Positions 9,229-18,297 of a stretch of DNA of 64,000 bases are shown here, piece by piece (the stretch's first letter is position 1; each line of letters opens with the position of its first letter). This stretch comes from Gemmatimonadaceae bacterium (GTDB lineage Bacteria; Gemmatimonadota; Gemmatimonadetes; Gemmatimonadales; Gemmatimonadaceae), in contig JBBDYA010000120.1 in NCBI GenBank assembly GCA_040902005.1, forward strand, positions 1 to 64,000. Reading direction: 5' to 3'. Under the pieces are notes generated by a model. The model saw only the letters and a program-made list of their open reading frames with translations. It was not told the origin of the DNA and searched no databases. Position numbers and translations under genes: made by a program.

Positions 9229-10614
9229 TTATCTTGACATCAAATACGACAACAGATCCGACCGTGTGACGATACCCGTGACCTTGCCATTCGTGCGCAC
9301 GAGCACCGCCGGATTGGACTTGGAAAGTAGTTTGGCCACGCTGTCCGCTGTCTGCCCATCGTCCACCACCGGGAAGGGCGCGTCCATGATGTCGGACAGC
9401 GTCACATCCAGGAGCTTGGCGTTGTCGAGACTCTTCGCCGACAGCGACCAGTCGCTCACCGAACCCACGCAGTTCGCGGCGTCCATCACCGGAAGCTGCG
9501 ACACGTCGTGCAGCTGCATCAGACGCAGCGCCTGACGCACCGTCTGGCCGGCGGTGACCGACACGATGTCTCCCGACGGCTCCGTCTTGTTGCGAAGCAC
9601 GTGCCCAAGCGACGTGCGATCGGCGTCCAGCAGCTGATTCTCCCGCATCCATTCGTCACTGTACAGCTTGGAGAGATATCGCTCGCCGGTGTCCGGCAGC
9701 ACCGCGACCATGAAGGCGTTGGGGTCGTTCAGCGTGCGCGCGATCTGCAGTGCTACGTGCACGATCAGCCCGCTGGACCCGCCGACGAACAGCCCTTCCT
9801 CGCGCGTGAGGCGGCGCGCCATGGTGAATGCGTCCTTGTCGGTCACCGGCACGAAATCGTCCACGAGCGACATGTCGAGGGTGCCGGGAACCTTGTCCTG
9901 CCCGATCCCCTCCACCTTGTACGGGACGCCCTCGGGCTCGGCTTTCCCCTGCGTCTTCCACTTCTCGGCGAGTATGGAGCCCACGGGGTCGCCCGCGATG
10001 ATCTTCACGTTCGCGTTCTTTTCCTTCAGGTAGCGGCCGACACCCGTGATCGTTCCGCCAGTGCCCGCCGCGTACACGAAGTGCGTGACACGCCCCCTGG
10101 ACTGCTCCCAGATCTCCGGTCCGGTGGTGGCGTAGTGCGCTTCCGGATTCGCCTGGTTGTAGAACTGGTTCGCGAAGATCGCGTTCGGCGTCTCCTGCGC
10201 GATGCGCTTGGCGGTCACCAGGTAGTTGTCCGGATGGTCCGGGGGCACCGCGGTGGGGGTCACGATCACCTCCGCGCCGAACGCCTTGAGCAGCCGCACC
10301 TTCTCCTGCGACATCTTGTCCGGCATCGTGAAAATGCACCGGTAGCCGCGGATTGCGGCGGCGAGCGCGAGTCCGATCCCCGTATTCCCGCTCGTGCCCT
10401 CGACGATCACGCCGCCGGGCCTGAGCGAACCGTCCTGCTCCGCGGCAAGGATGATCGGCAGGCCGATGCGATCCTTGATGGAGCCACCTGGATTGTAGAA
10501 TTCCGCCTTCGCGTAGACAGGCGTGCTCACTCCCCTGGTGACGCGCGTGAGCCGGATCAGCGGAGTCCAGCCGATCGTGTCCAGGACGGAATCGTACGGA
10601 CGCTGATTGTTCAT
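9229..10614 (-). CDS. Cystathionine beta-synthase-like PLP enzyme with C-terminal CBS domains
   Basis: NPGGSIKDR, TSGNTG, GTGGT, YLSKLYSDEWM, tandem CBS pair. Confidence 0.92.
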   Translation of the reverse strand: MNNQRPYDSVLDTIGWTPLIRLTRVTRGVSTPVYAKAEFYNPGGSIKDRIGLPIILAAEQDGSLRPGGVIVEGTSGNTGIGLALAAAIRGYRCIFTMPDKMSQEKVRLLKAFGAEVIVTPTAVPPDHPDNYLVTAKRIAQETPNAIFANQFYNQANPEAHYATTGPEIWEQSRGRVTHFVYAAGTGGTITGVGRYLKEKNANVKIIAGDPVGSILAEKWKTQGKAEPEGVPYKVEGIGQDKVPGTLDMSLVDDFVPVTDKDAFTMARRLTREEGLFVGGSSGLIVHVALQIARTLNDPNAFMVAVLPDTGERYLSKLYSDEWMRENQLLDADRTSLGHVLRNKTEPSGDIVSVTAGQTVRQALRLMQLHDVSQLPVMDAANCVGSVSDWSLSAKSLDNAKLLDVTLSDIMDAPFPVVDDGQTADSVAKLLSKSNPAVLVRTNGKVTGIVTRSDLLSYLMSR

Positions 10615-11078
10615 GGGTTTGATCTGATGCTGTCGGCCGCGGGTGCGCGAAGGATCGTGTCCCCGGGCAGGGGCTCGGCTTCCGGGTGGCGGAAATACAC
10701 GGGAAAGAGGACCGACACGCCGATCGGCGCACCGGCCAGTTTGGCGGGGACGAACTGGAGCTCCTGCGATCCGCGCACCGCGGAGGAATCGAGCGCGGGG
10801 AAACCGCTCGACTCCTCCACGCGCGTCGATTCCGGGAGCGCTCGGCCGGTGGTGTCTATGTACAGACGCAGTGTGACGTTGCCCTGCACCCTCCGTTCGT
10901 ACATCGCGCCCGGATACCGGAACGGCAACTCGCGGTTGACTATCACCGGATGCTCGTCCGCCCGGTTCTGTCCGCCAAGGAGCACCACCTCACGCCCGTT
11001 CGCGGATGGCGCGCGATCGCCGCAGCCGAGCGCGATCAGCGCGCTCGCGACGGCCAGCAGTGGGGTTCTCGCGCTCAT
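10611..11078 (-). CDS. TonB C-terminal domain protein (probable lipoprotein)
   Basis: YP..M...VQGNVTLRLYIDTTG, ESSG..ALDSSAV, FVPAK; lipobox-like ALGC. Confidence 0.8.
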   Translation of the reverse strand: MSARTPLLAVASALIALGCGDRAPSANGREVVLLGGQNRADEHPVIVNRELPFRYPGAMYERRVQGNVTLRLYIDTTGRALPESTRVEESSGFPALDSSAVRGSQELQFVPAKLAGAPIGVSVLFPVYFRHPEAEPLPGDTILRAPAADSIRSNP

Positions 11079-11161
11079 GTCCGTGAATCTATGAAGTCGC
11101 GGTCAGGGGCACACCTGAGCGCGCTTCGCGCCTTTTCGCGGTCTCGTGACGGGGCCCGCCG

Positions 11162-11266
11162 GTGCGCCGGCTGCAGCCGGGGCCCCGCGCGGGCGGGCGC
11201 TGCCGCTCAAGCCGGCGGCTCGACCGGTGACGGCCGCGAATGCCTTGGAGCGTGGCGAGCCGAGTG
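11162..11266. repeat. Segment homologous to 54209-54328
   Basis: Collinear blocks CTGCAGCCG, GGCGCTGCCGCT, GTGACGGCC and an identical 21-mer TGGAGCGTGGCGAGCCGAGTG. Confidence 0.8.
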
Positions 11267-11358
11267 CTCGCGTAGCGCAGGCTGTGTCGGTATTGGCAAG
11301 CGCACTCCTTGCCAATATTGAGCACAGTCGCGCGGAGCGGGCACTCGGCTCGCCACGC
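11250..11358 (+). repeat. Long-hairpin dispersed repeat, copy 2
   Basis: 22-bp outer stem (11250-11271/11337-11358, one G.T) enclosing the conserved core. Confidence 0.9.
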
Positions 11359-11373
11359 CACCACAACGCATCC

Positions 11374-14034
11374 TTACGCTCCGCGAGCCTTTTTCGACAG
11401 TTCGTCCAGCAACGCCAGCGCCTGGACCGGCGTGAGCGCGTTCACGTCCACGCGCGCGAGGGCTTCGAGCACGGCACTCGGCGCCGGCGCGAATAGCGCA
11501 AGCTGATCGGCCGCGGCGAGAGCGGGAGACGCGCCGGACATTCCTCGCGCGAGCTGCTCGGACTCGAGCAGCCGCAGCAGGTGTCGCGCACGGGCCAGCA
11601 CTGCATCAGGCAGGCCGGCCAGTCGGCCCACCTCGATGCCATACGAACGATTGGCGCCACCCGGCTCCAGCCGATGCACGAAGAGGATCTTGTCGCCCAC
11701 CTCGCGCACCGCGACGTTGAAGTTGCGCAGCGCGGGCAGCTCGTCCGCCAGCTGCGTCAGCTCGTGATAGTGGGTGGCGAAGATCGTCTTGCACCCGGTC
11801 ACTTCGTGCAGGTGCTCGGTCACGGCCCACGCGATGGACACGCCGTCGTACGTGGAGGTGCCCCGCCCGATTTCGTCGAGCAGCACGAGACTGCGATCGG
11901 TGGCCGTATGCAGAATGGCGCTCGTCTCCGCCATCTCCACCATGAAGGTGGACTGCCCGCGCGCGAGATTGTCGCTCGCACCCACCCGCGTGAAGAGCCG
12001 GTCCATCACGCCGATCTCGGCTTCCGCGGCCGGCACGAAGCTGCCCGCGTGTGCCATGAGCGCAATGAGGCCCACCTGGCGAAGGATGGTGGACTTGCCG
12101 GCCATGTTCGGCCCGGTGAGCACCACGACGCGCGCGTCGCGGGTGAGATGCACGTCGTTGGGGACGAACTTGTCGCGCGGCATCATCCGCTCCACCACCG
12201 GATGGCGTCCGGCCATGATGCGCAGCGTGAAGTCGTCGGTCATCGTGGGGCGCACGTACCCCTCGCGCATCGCCACCTCGCCGAGCGACGCCAGCACGTC
12301 CACCACCGCGGTGGCTCTCGCCGCCGCGTGCAGCCGCGCGACCTGCGTGCCCACGCGCTGGCGCAGCGCATCGAACAGCTCGCGTTCCTTCTGTTCGATC
12401 CGCTCACTGGCGGTGAGCACCCGCTCCTCATGGCTCTTGAGCGCGACCGTGACGAACCGCTCGCCCGTGGTGATCGTCTGCCGACGCTGGTAGTCCTCCG
12501 GGACGAGATGCAGGTTGGGTTTCGTGACTTCGATATAGTACCCGAACACGCGGTTGAACCCGACTTTGAGCGACTGGATGCCCGTGCGCGCGCGCTCCTC
12601 CGCCTGGATGCGCGCGATGGAATCCCTGCCCCCGTCGCGCAGGGTGCGCAGCTCGTCCAGTTCCGCGTCCACGCCCGGAGCGATCGTGGGCTCGTCGCCC
12701 ACCGCCACGGGCGCGTCCGCAACGAGCACGCGGCGCACATCGTCCGCGATGTCGGCGCAGTCGTCCCAGCCGGCGAGCATGTCGGAGAGCAGCGCGGCGG
12801 TCGAACCGCGCCCGGCGTCGAGCGCCTCCGTGATGGAATCCCGTACCGCGGGAAGCCGCGCGATGGACGCGCCGAGGGCGCCGAGCTCGCGCGGCGTGCT
12901 GCGGTTGAGCGCCGCCTTGGTGCCGAGCCGCTCGAGATCGCGCACGCCGGCCAGCGCGGTGCGCAGGGTTTCGCGCGCGATGGGTGCGTCGCAGAAGCAC
13001 TGAACGGCGTCGAGGCGCGCGTCGATCGCTTGCCTGATCGCGAGGGGCGCGAGGATCCACTGTCGCAACTGGCGCGCGCCCATGGGGGTGCAGGTGCGGT
13101 CCAGCACGTTGATCAGCGTGCCCGCGTTGCCGTCGCCGGCGCCGCGTAGCGATTCCACCAGCTCGAGATTACGACGCGTCATCTCGTCCAACGGAAGGAT
13201 GCCCTCCGCGCGTTCCACGATGGGACGCGCGAGCGACACGCCCGACGGCTGGAGCTCCTTGAGGTAGCGCAGCAGGGCGCCGGCGGCACCGACCGCCAGG
13301 GCGTCGCTTTCATTGATGCCCAGCCCGTCGAGTGCGAGCACGCCGAAGTGCCTGGCGAGGTCGTCGCGTCCGAGCGCGGGGTCGAACTCCCAGCCCTCTC
13401 GCTCGGTGGTCAACGCCCCCGGGAGGGTGGGGGGGGCATGGGATACGGGGTGTGGGGTATCGGCCGCGGTAATGATCTCGCGCGGCGCAATTCGGGCGAG
13501 CAGCGGCTCGAGCAGAGCGGCGGGCACCACCGCGAGTCGCAGCTCTCCCGTGGAGATATCGGCGGCGGCCACCCCCACGTCCACTCGCCCGCCGTCGGCG
13601 GGCACCCGTCCATGTCCCATCTCTACCTTTGCGGCGCCCGCGGCAATCGCGCACACGTAGTTCCCGCGCGATCCATCCAGCAGGTCGTCGGCGATGGCGG
13701 CGCCCGGGGTGACGGTCTCGATGACTTCACGGCGGACGATTCCCTTTGCCTTGGCGGGATCCTCCATCTGCTCGCAGATCGCGACACGGAATCCCTGCTG
13801 CACGAGCCGGCGCACGTAGTCGGCCGCGGCCTTCACCGGCACGCCGGCGAGGGGAACGTCCGCCGCGCCGCCGTTGTTCCGCGACGTGAGCGTCAGCCCC
13901 AGCTTCTGCGACGCCGTTTCCGCATCGTCGTAGAACATTTCGTAAAACTCGCCCATCCGGAAGAACAGAATCGCGTCCTGGTGACGCGACTTGATCTCCC
14001 GGTACTGCTGCATGAGGGGCGTGGCGGCGGACAT
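11374..14034 (-). CDS. mutS: DNA mismatch repair protein MutS
   Basis: TPLMQQY, FFRMGEFYE, GPNMAGKST, STFMVEM, DEIGRGT, ATHYHEL. Confidence 0.97.
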   Translation of the reverse strand: MSAATPLMQQYREIKSRHQDAILFFRMGEFYEMFYDDAETASQKLGLTLTSRNNGGAADVPLAGVPVKAAADYVRRLVQQGFRVAICEQMEDPAKAKGIVRREVIETVTPGAAIADDLLDGSRGNYVCAIAAGAAKVEMGHGRVPADGGRVDVGVAAADISTGELRLAVVPAALLEPLLARIAPREIITAADTPHPVSHAPPTLPGALTTEREGWEFDPALGRDDLARHFGVLALDGLGINESDALAVGAAGALLRYLKELQPSGVSLARPIVERAEGILPLDEMTRRNLELVESLRGAGDGNAGTLINVLDRTCTPMGARQLRQWILAPLAIRQAIDARLDAVQCFCDAPIARETLRTALAGVRDLERLGTKAALNRSTPRELGALGASIARLPAVRDSITEALDAGRGSTAALLSDMLAGWDDCADIADDVRRVLVADAPVAVGDEPTIAPGVDAELDELRTLRDGGRDSIARIQAEERARTGIQSLKVGFNRVFGYYIEVTKPNLHLVPEDYQRRQTITTGERFVTVALKSHEERVLTASERIEQKERELFDALRQRVGTQVARLHAAARATAVVDVLASLGEVAMREGYVRPTMTDDFTLRIMAGRHPVVERMMPRDKFVPNDVHLTRDARVVVLTGPNMAGKSTILRQVGLIALMAHAGSFVPAAEAEIGVMDRLFTRVGASDNLARGQSTFMVEMAETSAILHTATDRSLVLLDEIGRGTSTYDGVSIAWAVTEHLHEVTGCKTIFATHYHELTQLADELPALRNFNVAVREVGDKILFVHRLEPGGANRSYGIEVGRLAGLPDAVLARARHLLRLLESEQLARGMSGASPALAAADQLALFAPAPSAVLEALARVDVNALTPVQALALLDELSKKARGA

Positions 14035-14046
14035 GATGCGGCGGAA

Positions 14047-15066
14047 TCAGTCTGGATTCACCAGGGTCACGAAGCCGTTCTGCCCCTGCGCCTTGAGCGC
14101 CAGCGCCAGTTTCGCAGCGTCGGCCCGCGTGGCGAAGCGGCCGATGCGCACGCGAAATGGGCGCACGGTGCCGTCCACGCGGGCGTCGAGTCCGCGGGCG
14201 ACGAGGCCTTCCGCCATGCGCTTTGCCGCCTCAGGTGAATCGTAGGCAGCCACCTGCACGCTGAAGAAGGACTTCGCCGTGGGCGCGGCGGCCGCCGCGC
14301 GCGGAGCTGCGGTCGTGCGGGGGGGCGCTGCAGTCGTCACGGAATCGACCGCTGGTCTCGACGGTGGTTCCGCGGCGCGAGCCGGCGCGCGCTGTGGCGT
14401 GCGAGCCGCCGGCATGGGCCGGGCCGGCGGCGTGGCCGCCGTGTCCGGCGCGAGGTCCACCGGCTTTGGCGCCTCCACGAACGCACACCGCGGCGCGTAG
14501 AACTCCAGCTGGTTCCGCATCTCGAGACTTTCCTGCGCCATCGCATCGCGACCCATGCGCAGCGCTTCGCATCCGCGCGAAGTCTGGTTCTGTTCGAACA
14601 GCAGCCGCACCAGCCAGAGCGCCACGCGCGGCCGGGAGGGGCGCGAGTCGTCCGTGGGGTACAGCAACATGTAGCGCTCGAGATGCTCGGTGGCGCCACT
14701 CCGATCGCCGCGCGCGTTCTTCAACTGCGCCAGCTGGAGCATCGCGTCCTCCGCGCGAGGCGCAAATGGTGTCTCGATGAGCAGACGGCGGTAGTCGCGC
14801 TCCGCGTCGGCCGCGGTCGACGCCAGCGCGCCCCGCCACTACACCGCCACAGGGAAGAGTTCGGCCGGAAGCGGATTGGCGGCGATCACCGAGTCCAGCA
14901 CCCGCCGCCCGTCGACGAACTTGCCGTCCACGACCAGGTCGCGCGCCCGCTGGATGACGGAGTCCCTGGGCGGCTGGAACCGGAAGTCGGCGTCCTGCGC
15001 CCCCAGCGACGACGCGTCGGCGCCGACGGCGGTCAGAGCGAGTATGAGCAGCGCGCGTTGGATCAT
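14047..15066 (-). pseudogene. Exported TPR-like + SPOR domain protein interrupted by an in-frame TAG at 14839-14841
   Basis: ORFs 14839-15066 and 14047-14742 share one frame; the frame continues WRGALASTAADAERDYRRLLIE after the TAG; C-terminal SPOR (FSVQVAAY...RVRIGRF). Confidence 0.7.
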
Positions 15067-15067
15067 G

Positions 15068-16102
15068 TCAGGCAGCGGTGCGAGTGACGGCAGTGCAGCA
15101 CATCGAGAGCACGGCGTTCGCGAGGATCTGCTCGTCGGAGGAGACCCGGCTTTCCTTGAGCGCCATGTCCGTCTGCAGCAGCACGCGAAGCGCGTGATCG
15201 ATGTCCGAAAGACTCCAGCGGTTGGTGTGGCGCGACCAGGCGGATACCGCTTCGCCCCACGCGCGCCCCGTGTAGTTCGACGAACCGCTCTTGAGAATGT
15301 TGAAGTATTCGCCGGACAGGCGGGGCGGGGCGATGTTGCGCGCGAGGGCGATACCGAAGGCCAGCATCTGGGTGGTGAGCGACATGACGATCGAGACGCC
15401 CGTCGTCTTGGGCTGCTGGAGCACGCCGGGAATGAGCGTGAGCGCCAGCGTCACGTCGCGCGCGGCGACCGCGTCGAGCAGCCGGCCGGGAGTCTCGTCG
15501 CGGCGGATGCCGACGACCGCGGTCACCGCGGCTTCGTCGATCGGGCGTCCCGCGGTGTAGGCCGCGAGCTTCTCGAGTTCGAGGGCCAGCTGCGCCAGGT
15601 CCGTGCCCACGGCGCCCTGCAGCAGCTCGATGGCGTCCGACGTGATGGTGGTATTCAGGTCGCGCTCCACGCGCGAGACGATCCACCTGGGCACCTGCGC
15701 GCCCGACAGCGATTCCGATTCCACGGCTACGGTGGTCCTGCCGAGCGTCTTGTCGGCCTTGGCGTCCGCCGGCGCGGTGAGCACCAGGAGCAGATCGGGC
15801 GCCGGACGCTCGAGGTACTTGTCCAGCGCGGCGCGCGCGTCCTTGCGCAGGCCGGTCACGTCGCGCACCACGACCACGCGTCGTTCGGCCATCATTGGCG
15901 GCATGGCGAGCAGCGAGGCAAGCGTTGCCGCATCAAGCTCCGCCCCCGTCCGCTGGTCGAGGTTGAAATCCCGCGTCGCGGGGTCCACCGCGGCATTCAG
16001 GAGACGCCGCAGCGCGTCTTCCTTGCGGTATTCATCTTCGCCATGGAGGTAGTAGGCCGGTGAGAACTGCCGTTCTTTGATGGCCTGACTCAACGCCTTC
16101 AT
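15068..16102 (-). CDS. holA: DNA polymerase III delta subunit
   Basis: PAYYLHGEDEY, DFNL, MPPMMAERRVVVVRD, ELEKL, LLQTDMALK. Confidence 0.88.
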   Translation of the reverse strand: MKALSQAIKERQFSPAYYLHGEDEYRKEDALRRLLNAAVDPATRDFNLDQRTGAELDAATLASLLAMPPMMAERRVVVVRDVTGLRKDARAALDKYLERPAPDLLLVLTAPADAKADKTLGRTTVAVESESLSGAQVPRWIVSRVERDLNTTITSDAIELLQGAVGTDLAQLALELEKLAAYTAGRPIDEAAVTAVVGIRRDETPGRLLDAVAARDVTLALTLIPGVLQQPKTTGVSIVMSLTTQMLAFGIALARNIAPPRLSGEYFNILKSGSSNYTGRAWGEAVSAWSRHTNRWSLSDIDHALRVLLQTDMALKESRVSSDEQILANAVLSMCCTAVTRTAA

Positions 16103-16111
16103 GGCCCCAAT

Positions 16112-16627
16112 CTAGCGGTCGGTCTCCATCTCCGTGGCGACGAAATGCACCGGTACCTGGCTGGCCGCCATGATCGCTGGCCACACGGACATCCCCGTGG
16201 GCACCGTGGCGACAAGCGCCGGAGTCGCGAGCGGCGAATGATCGTACTCGGGCGCGGACGCCACCACCGGCGGCAGCTGGAGGGGCTGATCCGGCTGGCG
16301 ACGCACCTCGTTGGCGATGACCGCGACCACGACGACGGCCGCGGCGAGCACGAACGCCTGCACGAACGACATCCCCGACGGCGCGACCAAGTCCCTGGGC
16401 TGCGCGGCCGCTTCGCGCAAACGCGCGTCGAGCCGGGCCCGGAACCCGGGCGACGGCTCAATGGGCGTGAGATTCTTCACCAGAAACAGACTGCGCCGAA
16501 TCAGCGCATCGTGGCGCGCGCACTGCGCACAGGCCGACATGTGTGCCCGCATCTCGTTCTCCTCGAGCGCGGAACATCTCACGTCGATCAACAGCGCGTG
16601 CCGGTCACGAAATTCTCTACAGTCCAT
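16112..16627 (-). CDS. Zinc-finger (HxxxCxxC) transmembrane anti-sigma factor
   Basis: MDCREF...HMSACAQC plus one TM helix; directly downstream of an ECF sigma gene. Confidence 0.75.
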   Translation of the reverse strand: MDCREFRDRHALLIDVRCSALEENEMRAHMSACAQCARHDALIRRSLFLVKNLTPIEPSPGFRARLDARLREAAAQPRDLVAPSGMSFVQAFVLAAAVVVVAVIANEVRRQPDQPLQLPPVVASAPEYDHSPLATPALVATVPTGMSVWPAIMAASQVPVHFVATEMETDR

Positions 16628-16788
16628 TCCCCATCCTGTCGGTTCGTCTTCCGGTACCCTGGTCAGCTCGGGGGGTTCCGGAAACGGCAGTATGGTGGCA
16701 GCAGGACCTCGGCAACAGGGTTCGATGGCAGCCAACCGGGATCAAGCTGGGTTCGATTGGATGCAATCGAATCGTCCAGCGCAGGTGG

Positions 16789-17427
16789 TCATCCGATGTG
16801 TGGCTCGATGATCGCCGCGAATGCCGTCCGCGCGCGATTCAACCGCGACTTCACCGTGCCCAGGTTGCAGTCCGTGATCTCCGCGATCTCCTCGTACGAC
16901 TTGCCCTCGAGTTCGCGCAGCACGAACACTTGCCGGTGATGCTCCGGAAGCTGCTCCACCGTGTTCTCCACGAGCTCGCGCAGATGCCGCTTGCGGAAGA
17001 GATCGTCCGGACGCGACGACGGATCCTCGAACTCGATCGGACGGTCCTCGTCCTCCCCGGTGCCACGCATCGTCTGGAAGAGCACGAGCGGGTTCCGCGA
17101 ACGGTTCCGCAGCTCGTTCTTCGCCAGGTTCGACGCGATCGTGTACGCCCAGGTCGAGAACTTCTTGGAGCGGTCGAAGCGATGCAGATGGCGATACACG
17201 CGGATGAAGACTTCCTGCACCAGGTCTTCCGCGCGATCGCGATCGCCGATCGTTCTGTAGACGAAGTTCAGCAGCCGCGTCTGGTATCGATCCACCAGCT
17301 CCGAGAACGCCCGCTCCTCGCCGGCCAGGAAGGCCGACACGACCGCCGAGTCGTCCGACGCACGGAGCTGTTCCCGGACCGAGAGCCCCACGGGCGCGGT
17401 CGCGACCTTCCTGGCGAGTCTGGCCAT
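16789..17427 (-). CDS. ECF sigma-70 family RNA polymerase sigma factor
   Basis: AEDLVQEVF, FSTWAYTIASN, SYEEIAEI...GTVKSRLNRAR; GGAGG upstream of ATG 17427. Confidence 0.93.
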   Translation of the reverse strand: MARLARKVATAPVGLSVREQLRASDDSAVVSAFLAGEERAFSELVDRYQTRLLNFVYRTIGDRDRAEDLVQEVFIRVYRHLHRFDRSKKFSTWAYTIASNLAKNELRNRSRNPLVLFQTMRGTGEDEDRPIEFEDPSSRPDDLFRKRHLRELVENTVEQLPEHHRQVFVLRELEGKSYEEIAEITDCNLGTVKSRLNRARTAFAAIIEPHIG

Positions 17428-17521
17428 ATCGTCAACCTCCGTAATCCGTCGATGCCGGTTACTGAATCGGCTGACCAGAGTGGCCATCCGACCAGCTGCC
17501 TACCGACGTCTTCCGCACCCT

Positions 17522-17537
17522 TCCAAGGCAGGTGCCA
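17522..17537 (-). promoter_or_regulatory. Possible sigma54-type -24/-12 promoter for the ECF sigma gene
   Basis: TGGCAC-CTGCC-TTGGA on the - strand; GG replaces the canonical -12 GC. Confidence 0.3.
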
Positions 17538-17754
17538 TGCCCTCTATGACGCACCCGTGCCAGCGATGTTAAGGCCCCTGATTGCAATGACTTGCGGTCA
17601 GTTGAGACAGGCGTCACACATCACCGGGTGTCTACTATATGTGACGCGCGAAGCAGAGGTTATTGGACACAACGCTCGGAACTGGGGTTCACTGGCAGGG
17701 CCTGTCGCCTGGTACCGCCGCCCTTGGACCTGACCCCTTACCCGGCGCGGACCC

Positions 17755-18297
17755 CTATCGCGCCAGCCGGAAACCCGCGGCGTACATGATCGCCAGCGCC
17801 GACTTCGCGTCCTTCAACTCCCCTTTCCTGATCAACTCCAGCGCGGCCGAGAGCGTCACCGTCTCCAGTGACATGAACTCGTCCTGCTCGTGGGCCACCT
17901 CACCACGCGTGAGCCCGCTGGCCATGAACGCGTGGATGCGTTCGTCAGTGAAACCGGGGGTCGTGAAGAAGGTGTACAGGTGCTCGATGCGCTCCGCGGT
18001 GCATCCGGTTTCCTCACGCAGCTCACGCTCGGCGCACACCTTCGGATCCTCGTCGCCGTCCAGTTTGCCGGCCGGGATCTCGTAGATGAAATCCCCGGCC
18101 GCATAGCGGTACTGCTTGATCAGCAGCAGCTGCGGATCGTCGCCCGCCGGATCGGTGAGAAACGGGATTACCGCGCTGGCCCCGGGGTGGCGGACCATCT
18201 CAAGTTCACCCTCCCGCCCATCGGGAAACCTCACGGTATCAACGTCCACGTTGATCACGCGGCCCGCGTACACGCGGCGCGACGAGAGGCGGCTCAG
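17755..18297 (-). CDS. Nudix hydrolase, ADP-ribose pyrophosphatase-like
   Basis: Nudix box PAGKLD...AERELREETG, QYRY, TPGFTDE; start is either GTG 18273 or CTG 18297. Confidence 0.9.
   Translation of the reverse strand: MSRLSSRRVYAGRVINVDVDTVRFPDGREGELEMVRHPGASAVIPFLTDPAGDDPQLLLIKQYRYAAGDFIYEIPAGKLDGDEDPKVCAERELREETGCTAERIEHLYTFFTTPGFTDERIHAFMASGLTRGEVAHEQDEFMSLETVTLSAALELIRKGELKDAKSALAIMYAAGFRLAR

Noticed and set aside
14839..14841. Genome-wide TAG recoding (pyrrolysine or alternative code)
   Set aside because: TAG terminates many conserved genes here (upp, yidC, mnmE, parA, mnmG).
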